Positions 24,001 through 35,400 of a stretch of DNA of 41,079 bases are shown one piece after another (the first letter of the stretch is position 1; every line of letters begins with the position of its first letter). This DNA comes from Priapulus caudatus (Eukaryota), in assembly GCF_000485595.1 (NCBI RefSeq), contig NW_014577068.1, forward strand, positions 167,694-208,772. Reading direction: 5' to 3'. Below the pieces are notes generated by a model. That model searched no databases, was not told the origin of the DNA, and saw only the letters and a program-made list of their open reading frames with translations. The position numbers and the translations under genes are program-made.

Positions 24001-26375
24001 GGAGAGTATATGCAGAGAATATGCGGAGTTATGCAGGAGATATATGGAGCGTATATGCAGAGTATATGCAGAGAGTTATGCGGGAGATATATGGAGAGTA
24101 TATGAGGAGAGTATATGTGGAGAGTATATGCAGAGAATATGCGGAGTTATGCAGGAGATATATGGAGCGTATATGCAGAGTATATGCGGAGAGTATATGT
24201 GGGAGATATATGCAGAGTATATGCGGAGAGTATATGTGGGAGATATACGGAGAGATGCTGACCTGACTGCGAAAGTCCAACGCTGCCACGCAGAAGAATC
24301 GTCTGTCCACCATGTCCATTAATCCCATCCTGCTCTGCACATGTGGGAAGCTGCGAGCACAGAGGTCAGGAAGCAAACGATAGCGATCCACGCTGATGGC
24401 CGAAGCCATGGCGATCGCGGTTACTCTATTCGGAACTACATGTTCACTCAAGAAATTAACTCCTAACAGCTCGTGAACAAGCCTGAAGTTTAATTACTCA
24501 TTCTCATTAGGCGCGTTCACACACAAGAAAAACCGCGCTGCTCAGCCCGCTAATAGCGGAGATAATAGTGAGCTAATTGTGTCGTTGTTCACACAGGCGA
24601 ATATCTCGCTAATCGCCGCGGTGCAAATATCACGCAGCGGTGCATATAAGCGCGCTGATTCCAAATTAGTGCAGTCGGAAGTGTTCTTTCCAGCGCGCTA
24701 TTTTGAGCGCGATTTAGTGAGCTAATTGCGTTCACACTTGTAAAAAGCTCAGTTTTTCGAGCGGGCTGCAAAAACCGGGTTTTGCAGCCCGCTAATTCGC
24801 GCCAGTGTGAACGCACCTATTATGTAAGTATTATGAAAAGTTTTTAATTGAAAACTACCTTAGATCAATCTCCGTCTACATTCTTGATTGTATAGCTAGA
24901 TGAATTAATTGAATTAAATGAATTGAATTGAGTATGATTATAGCAAAACTAACATGATCATTATTATGTCTTCGTGTTATATATGTTACCTTTACAAATT
25001 TATGTACCTATTATTATATGTTTATCTATATTTCATTAAACAATAAAGAATAACAGAATACTAAAACATCAGGAAGATTCCAAATACACACATACAAAAG
25101 GATACAGAGCCCTGAGCCACCGATTTGGTGAAGCACTGATGAAGAAACATGTCAAGCTCCACGTCGCCATGGCGATGGGTGTCCGCTGTGTGAAGTTAGA
25201 AAGGGAGAGCATGACCCAGTCCTTGACAAGGTCATTTTGACCCTTCTGAATCAAGTTGTTAAATACCTGTAAGAAAAGATGCAAGTTTTAGGTTTACGAT
25301 ACATTAGGTTTTTTATGCGTTTCACTAACTAATTGCATGCATGGCTTGTTATCAATTAAAAATCACTTATATTATTATTATTATTATTATTACACTTAAA
25401 AACAGTCAGCTAGTATACTGATCTGTGTTGTGACATCAACAACAAATGCACACAACCGTCACACACGATGCCAGACAACCACTCACACACATGCCTGCAT
25501 ACGCACATAAGAATGCGATCACACACATGCCTGCATACGCACATAAGAATGCGATCACACACATGCCTGCATACGCACATAAGAATGTGAGCACACACAC
25601 ACCTTGAACAAGACTCCAACGATGAGCTGTGGATGAGGCTGCTGACTTGACAAAAACTCTCCTATCACTTTGTTCATTGCATCCTGGGTAGGGAAGAAAT
25701 CGGCCAGAAAATGTGGCAAAATCTTGCTGACTACTTCAGCCTCAAATGGATAGCCCTTTCTGATTCTGCAAGACATGTAAAAGGTGTTAATGACACATTT
25801 CTTTTGAAGTGAACGCTATTTGAGTAATAAAATTGATTTAATTCAGAGCGCAATCTTCACAACACAATGTATTAACTATACCTGGCAATGAACAAAGACG
25901 GATGCATATGTATTTATATAAATCAGTCAAAATACATTTCAAGCTCCATAAAATAAGACAAATAAATATGAGAGGTCATTAGTATAAATTTATACCTCAA
26001 TGGGACTAACATATCCATCCCTAAAAGTTTCATCACATGAAATCTGCCTTTTCAACCACTATAACTTAGGGATTCTTTAGAACCCCTGAAGTTCTCCTAG
26101 TATAAAATTTATTATATATAATAATATATTAATAAAAATAATATATAACAATTAATATATCTATAAATAAATATAGTTTATGTGATATTATTTTTTTAAT
26201 CACACCCTCACTAAAAACAACCAATCTACTGCCACTCCTGCCATAGAGCCAGACGACAGCTACGAAATGCACTCACCATGAAATGATCTTAAAAAAAGAG
26301 ATACTAAATAATTTTTTTTTTAATTAACCTACTCTTTCTTTCAAATGAAACCATCTTAAAACAAGGTTGGTGTCG

Positions 26376-26415
<40 letters not shown>

Positions 26416-29400
26416 GATTCCAGTATACCCCCCCCCCCTAACTTCGTTGGCGGCGTATAAAAAACTGCACGAATGGTAGTGAAGTGGTAGAAGGCAGTAA
26501 CCTGTCAAACAGCATCGTGAGTCGTTCCATGGCCACGATGAGGTGCTCCGGATCTCTGATCTCAAGCACCGGTGACGCGGGGTCCATGTCACTGCTGTCC
26601 GTACTGTAGGAGTCCAGCACCACGCGACCCTCAGAGTACATACAGCTGAGTAGCAGCCCCAGGCCAGCTAGAACCCGCACTGGACTGTGCGCCTTCAGCC
26701 TAAACATGCAGCATGCTACAATCAGACATCAGCACCCCATAGCATCACCATAGCACCCCGCCTACAGCACGCAATCACTACCATGGCCACAAAGGTTACT
26801 AAGAGTATGTGGAATGGTAACAGATAGGAGCATTATGCACATGAAGTAACACATTCTGCATCTAGAAACACCCGCAGCCTAAATGTATCAGAGAGGGTGA
26901 TTTGTACATTTAATGCTATTTGCAGCAGAATGACATATACAAGAGCACGATACATACAGCAAATGTGTAAACTTGGTGTGTATACGTCTGGTAACATTAC
27001 CAAGGTAGTCACTAGTGAACACACACAACATATCACAAATACTTTCTGTTTGCCAATCGATGGCTAGCATCACCACCAGGTCGCAGCACGTACCCACCCA
27101 CCGATCAACAACCGGCTTCACCACCAGGTCGCACCACGTGTCCACACTCACCGATCGACGGCGAGTTTGACCACCAGGTCGCGCTCGTGTGTGCCGACAG
27201 CGCCGGTCAGGGCGAGACGCTCGAGTCCGTGGAAGATGGCGAGGTAGACGGCGAGCGGGGTGCGGTCCTCGCTCGCCGACGCGACGCTCACGCACAGCTG
27301 CAGCATGCGCGAGCTGAAGTCCATCTCACGCAGGTCCTCCTGGTAGTTCTCGAGGATGTAGAAGACGGCCGCCCACATGACGAGCACGTACTTCTCGCCA
27401 TAGACCGCACCCCTGCAACGCACGTGCGAAAACCGAGTTTATACTTAAGATGCTAAGGTACAGATACAAGTAAGGTACAGGTAAGGTACAGGTAAGTTAC
27501 AGGTAAGGTACAGGTAAGGTACAAGTAAGGTAAGGTGCAGGTAAGGTACAGGTAAGGTACAAGTAAGGTAAGGTGCAGGTAAGGTACAGGTAAGGTAAGG
27601 TACAGGTAAGGTGCAGGTAAGGTAAGGTAAGGTAAGGTGCAGGTGAGGTACAGGTCAGGTAAGGTGCAGGTGAGGTACAGGTAAGGTAAGGTACAGGTAA
27701 GGTACAGGTAAGGTAAGGTAAGGTAAGGTGCAGGTGAGGTACAGGTAAGGTAAGGTGCAGGTAAGGTGCAGGTAAGGTAAGATGCAGGTGAGGTAAGGTG
27801 CAGGTAAGGTACAGGTGAGATAAGGTGCAGGTAAGGTGCAGGTGAGGTAAGGCACAGGTACAGGTACAGGTAAGTACCTACGTTGTGAGGCAGGTGAGTT
27901 GCTTTTGCAGGCTCTCGGTCACCGCCGGCATCACGGTCGCTGAGAAGTCGGCCTGGTTCGACTCGAGTATGTAGAGCACGCCGTGGTAGGCTGCGACGCG
28001 GGTCGGCATGTGAGTGCTGCGCATAGACTGCTCCAGCAGCTTACTAACGCGCTCCTGCAGCGCTGAGTCCTGTACATGAAACACACACAAACACGTTAGC
28101 TAGTCGTAGTTACTTGGCAGGTGTGTTTTTCGATTTTCAGAACACATATATAGACAATGTATAGAAAGACCATGTTGAGAGCTTATCACCTGCTGACGTG
28201 CAAATGTGACATTCACAGCACATTCCTTGTTGGAAGTATATATTATATTAACTTCCTGTTAAACGGCCACTCGCGTGGCAGCAGTGGCAACAATTCTCCA
28301 GGCAGTTTTTACATCAAGATTATTTTCTACTCATAATGGTCCAAAATGGTAGTAAAATGTGAGTGAATCGTAATGGCACAATCACAGGCTAAAAAATCGT
28401 ACAAATTCCACCGAAATCGAAAGGATTTGCAGCTCTGTAGTAATAGTATAGTTATAGTTAGAAAACAAATAGCTGAAGAGGCAGCAGTATAGCATATAGC
28501 AGTAGACGAGAATACAGCGACGTACCAGTCCAATGACGCTGATTGCCTTGCAGATTCCGACTAGTAGGTACTGCACTAGGATCTCGTCCTCACCCGGGTG
28601 CGTCTTATGCAAGTCGAGAAACACCTCCAACATCCACTCAAACTGTGACTGCTCCGTGAAGATGTCGGAGAGTACCACCACCTGCCAATACACCGCACAA
28701 CGTCGACTCAACACAACTGCAGGGATCGATATACTAACAATCTTTGATGCACAGCATTAAAGTTAATAAAAATCTTAAATTATTATTTAATTTAAGATTA
28801 AAACTAATTTAAATTATTTATTAAATAATAGCAAGAATTAATGCTAGTAACTACTAGTAACTACTATAAATGCAAGAATTAATTAAAGGCAAGAATTTGC
28901 GGGCACCATGTCATATTGGAGAGGCAGCAAGGGCAAATATTTCTTTCAGGAAAGTCTCACCAAAGCAACTTGCATTTAATTAAAAAATTGTTATGCAGGA
29001 CAGAGGAGGATTGATAAACAGCATAGAACTCATATGAGAGGCAAAGAGGCAAACTAGGTAGGGCAACCCCAGCAGCCTACTAGCCTGCTTATTGGCCAAC
29101 TTTAGAGGTGCCACGGCGCGGGGCGGCGACAACACAATGCGCCGACGCCGACGTTACACGAGCGCGCCACGTGAGTAACCGCTTTCACGCTCTTCGACCC
29201 GGCGAGAGGAGCGGCATTGTCGCGATTGAATGTTTTTTTTACTTATAATGGTCCAAAATCGTAGCAAAACGTGAGTGAATCGTAATGGCAGAATTACAGG
29301 CTAAAATCGCACAAATTCCGCTGATATCAGAAGGGTTGGCAGCTCTGTAGTAATAGCAAATGGCATATAGTAATAGTAATAGTCGTACGGAGCATGCAGC

Positions 29401-32400
29401 CTCCGTGAGCAGTGCGACGTGAGCGAGAGCTCCTGTCTTCATCCACATCGAGTACAGATTCTCCAGCAGGAACTGCAGGCAGGAGTGAATGTCGACGTCG
29501 ACGTCGGCGGCGGCTAGGTGGCGCCGCTCGTGCTGGCTGTCCTGCTCCAGCATGCCCGCGCGCGACCAGATCGACTCCACGGAAACCTGCGTGAACGAAC
29601 GAGCGATGCAGCGTGAACGAACGAATGGCGCAGCACGGCGCATTTACCGACTGCTGCTTGCAACCTAGGCCACAATTAAAAAAATCTTTGTTTGCCCTCA
29701 CCTGACCCAGACTGAAAAGTTTGGGTAGGTATGTAGGCGTCTTTTTTTTTAGGGGGTCTTTTTACAAATTCAGCATGGTATCTACATGCTCGGGTGTGCT
29801 TGTGTGGAGATACCTTTTATGTTGAATGTTTGTTTTGCTTGGTACATACATATATAATGTATTGCCTACAGATTTGTATAATGTACAGTGATACAATTTG
29901 TAAAAAAAAAGGAATGGGAAAGATCAATACAACATTTTTGAGTCGGCCGCCTTTTTGGCGCGTCGGTCGGGTGAGGGCAAACAAACAATACTTTTATTAT
30001 GGCCTTAGATACCAGACCGGCATCTTTCCATGAACTGTTTCTGTTTGTTTTCGCCCCGGATAGTTGTTGGATACAGGGGGTACAGCTGAATTTTTGTGCA
30101 TGCTTCCTGCATGATTGGACAACGCAGTGCATCGCATTCTGTCAATGCTGCGTATGACCTATATTGTGACTGCAATGCACTGCAACTGTTTTTAATGTTG
30201 CAACTGTTTTTAAGGGGAGACCCAAAAGATTTCAAGCACAGCTAATCAGCCAACATTAAGGCATCAAGATATCGAGGTCTACGAAAATCTGCGTCCTTTT
30301 ACAAACCGCTTCTGTTTGTTTTTCCCCGGACAGTTAGTTTACCACAGGCTACAGCTGAATTTACGACACACACAGGTTATATAAGGTGTATGAGTGCATG
30401 CAGGTGCAACATCCAAATTAATAAGTGGGCCACTCAGGACCACTAATCAACTGATTGCAAAACATCGGGTTGTTATAGTAAGAGGACTGGAGGAAGACAA
30501 GAATCCCACACGTTCACGTACTTAAATGGGAGAATTAATCTCGTACCTATAATGTAACATACAACATGCAACATACTTGGCCTAGAGTGTATTTGGAGGA
30601 ATCGTCTTCTCTCTCAATGTTGTAAGCATGTATCTTCTCATACATCTCCCCCGGCGGGCGCTCGCAGCGGCTGCTACCGGCCAGGCTCTCTATCTCCATC
30701 TGTATGATCCCGCGTACCTTCGTCAGCCTCTTCCCTGTCCTGTAGATACACAGCACAGATTAGGTGCTATGCAGCACAGAACGGTGGAAGATATCAGACA
30801 ACCAGTCAGAGTACACTGGTTTAGCTAACTCATGCTATAGTTATACTATATATTACTCATCCATACTTTATTATTGTCATCATTAATATTATTGTTATTA
30901 TTATTATTATTATGCTCTATTAATTTGCTATTAAAGCGTAGGATGCCATAATCATAAAAAGTTGATAAGACATTTGCTATGTAACCAAATATACATGTAT
31001 ATAATGTGCATCATAACACAAAGACAAAGACAATAAAAAGAGAAACCATTGTTGACTATCACCCCCTATGCCTAACAACACAAGGCAGGCGACAAGTGAA
31101 GCCTGATTCTGATAAGAAAACACTCAAGCATAACAGTAAGAACGATAACAGTCGAGCTTGTGGGATTTCGCACTAGCGATTCACGTACGGAGGCTGATAG
31201 AAGCAGGAAGCCCTCACCTCGTCTGCAGAAACGCGGGCGGCTTGTCACGCTGCGCGTGCAGAAACTGACCGCCGATCGGGTTTCCCGGCCGCGGCCGCAG
31301 CAGCGCCTGCATGAGCAGCGCAGTGAGGCCCTGCACTACGAGGCAGCTGACGTGCACGCGCTCCATCTCCTCGTGCTGTCCGCCGACGCCGCCGATAGTG
31401 ACGACCTCTTCCTGCGAGGCGCCGAGGACGGCGAGTAGTGTCACCCATAGCTCCTCGAACTGCTGGCGGGAGGTGAAGCCGAGCGCGTTCGCACGCAGCA
31501 CAAACTGTCGCAGCACGTCGCGCTCCTGCAGAAACTCGGTCGGCAGCGGTGGCTGCGAGGGGTCGGAGGTCACGGGCACCCAGCCCATCGTGCGCGCGAG
31601 CGGCGGGAGGCGGGCGTGGCTCGTGAGCAACGACAGTCGCGCCAGACCTGTAGAGGGGAGAAGGGGGACCCACATTATCCTCGTTACCGACAGAGAGAAA
31701 TGTTGCCTTCTTTAACGTTGTTATAACAGTACAATATTTATTATAATGCTGTTGTTCTAATGCTTATTTACAACTATTGATCGTTATTAGTCATTACAAA
31801 TTAACAGTTATTTATTAACAAATTATTCCTGCTAATCATATTGCTATCGTGGTGTCTCTATTGCTAGCTGAAGTACAGTAAAGAAGCATATTCCTCAGTA
31901 TCGGACTTCTCCTGCATGTTATCCGAGTTTGCCGTTATTTTGGCATTAAATCCAACATTTTAACCATATGGTACATAAAGACCTTGACACACAAATAAAT
32001 CAAAGCTCAGAGCAAAAACTCTTCAAAAAAGTTCATTAGGCTAAAGAAAAATTTATTAGAAAAACAAGACTCATGTCCAGCAGCTTTCCTTTAAGTGAAA
32101 GTGTCACAGCAGTTGAAAGTGGTAGTCTTTTAGGCATGGCTTCAATTGCATGTCTATAATGTGTCATCTGCAGGTGAAACTAATCACAGGTATACCTGCT
32201 ATATACAGGAGAGGTGAGCGGAATACCTGTGATGATGGTGATCATCGGCTGGACTAGGTATTCAGGTAGCGGAGGCGTGGAAGTCTGCTTGCTCTGGCAG
32301 TACTGCGCTTCTATCCACTGCATCAGCTCAGTGATCTGTTGGCAGGCTATCACAGTGGAGGTGTCACATGCCTCCGTCACCTGAACAATAACAACACAGT

Positions 32401-35400
32401 GAGGCTTCACTAACAACACCTTCGAAAAAAAAGTGAGTGTGCTTGCTGGGCGCTATATGTTCTAGATGACCGTAAGAGCAAGCATAACCTACTATTACTA
32501 CACGCCACTGAAGATAGACATCAAGGGGTGCACACATGAAAACATTTGGATCTCACCTACCACTTCAGGATTGTGATATATATATCCTATAGGCCTATGA
32601 TTCACAACCAGGACTGTGATGCATCTCACAGGACTTCAATTAATTACTCCTCAAACTATTGCACTCCAATAAGAGTAAAGCACCCGTAGGATTGCTATTC
32701 TTCAACTCGCTCTCCCTCAAACTGCGATATGTCCTATAGGAGATGTGCATCAGATGTCCCATGTCATGTGCACCTCCCCACCGTAGAGAGAGCAATGCAT
32801 TTTACAGGGACTGTGACATGTGCCCCAACCCTGCCTGCAACATGATTGTAGTAAACAGGTCTAGCTCCTACCTGGCCTGATGGTGCCTCCTGTATGTTCC
32901 TCGCCTTACTGAGGATGTGCTGCACACAACTAACGGCGGACAGAATCAGCGTGACGTTGCTCTCCATAGGTGGCGCTGCCTGCTCGCGGTTGAGAATGCC
33001 AAACAGCCTGCTGTCGCATATGATCACGGCAAAGCAGTCAAGTGCCGACTGCAGCTCACTGGCCGTGACTACGCGCTCCGTCGAATACTTCCACTGTACC
33101 GCCTGTAGCAGTGGCAGTGTACGATTAGCTAAGCTTACACATTTCTATAATAATAATATTAATATATTATTATTATCATCATCGTTAATATTTTTAGTAT
33201 ATGATTATATATGTTAATTGGTTCCTAAGAAAATGTTGGCATAGAGATCATCAGTTTGTTATGCTATATATTGAGGTAGCAGTAGGAATCAGGGAACATT
33301 TATAAATGAACATTTTCGTTTGGGAATTGTATTTTGTAGTTGTTTATTGGGTGACAGATTGCTCTGCCTATTATAAAATATTTATACTGATATAAAATAA
33401 TTTGCAGGAAAGTGTTGCAGGTATACCAAACGATAGATTAATAAGAAATTATAATAAGTCAATTAAAATACTCTTACATTCACCAGATCAGGAGTTTATA
33501 ATATATACTTGGTCAACTTATAAACGATGATACTATATTATGCTATACTTCAGATTCCATAAATATTAATCCAGTTTGAAGGTATACACAGCCAGAACCT
33601 GCGTTTCATAATAATAATTATAGCTATTATAAATATCAGTTGTGTAATTAAATTCGAACCTCCAACATCAGAACTCCAAATCTGCAGATGTCGCACATGG
33701 CTTCCTGGCCTAGATTTAGTTGCCACGGCAACGCCTCGTGTGACTCCAGGAAGCTGGTGAGTGCCGGAGCCAGGCTGAACATGAAGCTCCACATCGGCTG
33801 TTCGCACAGAAAGCTCTCCAGCTTGCTGAGAAAGCGACCGTGCTTCCCCGATGCCAGCGTCTGTAGGAAGTTTGGCGCTTGATGGGGCGTAGGCAGACCC
33901 GCCACGATCCCACTTATATGCTGAAAGTAAATTGTGAGTTGCAACCAACACGTATTCTCATCGGAAAATTTGTTCAGTGCCGTTTCATTTGTAAGACGCA
34001 CTTTTCACAAATGCATTAAGGATATTGAACAATGACTACATATGTACCGATGTAAATTTTTCTTTATCATAATTAATCATCAATCATGAATAAATATTAA
34101 TTAATGCATTAACATGTTGATCAGCAAAATAATATTGATAACCATTTTAATAAACGACAAGTAACCTAATCATTCATCTCACTTCATTCGACCCTCCACG
34201 GCAACCAATCGGCCGTAAGTATATCGATCAACCCTCACGGTTACCTGCATCAGTGACACTCGCGACGCCCTGTAGAGCGGATGCTCGCGCTGCTCGGGGA
34301 GTCCGGGCAGCGGCAGCGGCGGCGCCACCTGCTCGCTCGGCGACATCGCGTCGCGCGCGCCGTACAGCGCGTCGACGGTCTTGCGGAGGCCGAGTGCGAC
34401 GCACGCGCGCAGCACCGCCGCGTTGAAGCCCTTCGCCTTCATCGTCGCGAGCTGGTCGGCATAGTCGAGGTTCGCGAGTAGCTTCGCGCATCCCGCCGGC
34501 GCCGCATCCGCGCGGCAGCACTGCTCCCACGTGATCGACAGCAGCCAGTCCTTGTTGACGGCGATGTCGCGCACGTGAGCGGCCGCGCTCAACGCGAGCG
34601 GGTGCGAGCGCTCGGGCGAGAGCAGCGTGCGCGGCGCGGCCGGCGCTAGCGAGTCCCGCACGCGACCCAGCAGCGTCGTGAGACGCACGTGCCGCCGCGC
34701 TAGCGCCCTCTGCTTCATCGTGTCAATGAGCTTCTCAAGGTCGTCGAGCGGCAGCTGCTCCTGACAGTTCTGCTGGGAGAGAGCGTTAAACTACCATCAC
34801 GCCCATGTTACAATCACTTACACTCTACACAGCTGCTCCTGACAGTTCTGCTGGGAGAGAGCGCGTGATGGTAGTTTAAGTTTAACGCTCTCTCCCAGCA
34901 GAACTGTCAGGAGCAGCTGTGTAGAGTGTAAGTGATTGTAACATGGGTTTGCTTCATGTAGAGTGTAAGTGGTTGTACTATGGGTGTGATGGTAGTTTAA
35001 TGTTGTCGCCTCTCTCTCTCAGCAGAGCTGTCATTCCCTCTGTAATGTAATGTATTCCCCGCTGTTTGTTCTCAGCAGAGCTGCCATTCCCTCTGTAATG
35101 TAATGTATTCCTGTAATGTAACCAGCAATAAATATGTTAAACTACCATCACACCCGTATTTGCTTCATGTAGAGTGTAAGTGGTTGTAGCCGCAGTAAAT
35201 GTGTTAAGCAACGATTACACAGCAAGTAATTATAAAGCAATAGGCTTACCCGAGGTGTATCTGCCAGCAGCATCTCCAGTCGTCGGCAGGTCACCGTGTC
35301 GCACATCCTGGCTATTGACAGGTGGTGCGTCGCAAGCATGCGATCAATCAGCAACGCCACCAGGGGGCCGCTCTGCGTGTGGTGAATCGCCTCCAGGCAG

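Noticed and set aside
23794..24322. Tyr/Glu/Arg-rich repetitive ORFs
   Set aside because: Translations of the intronic satellite.
32420..32870. Possible additional HTT exon
   Set aside because: No recognisable homology or clean open exon; the flanking exons join in phase without it.
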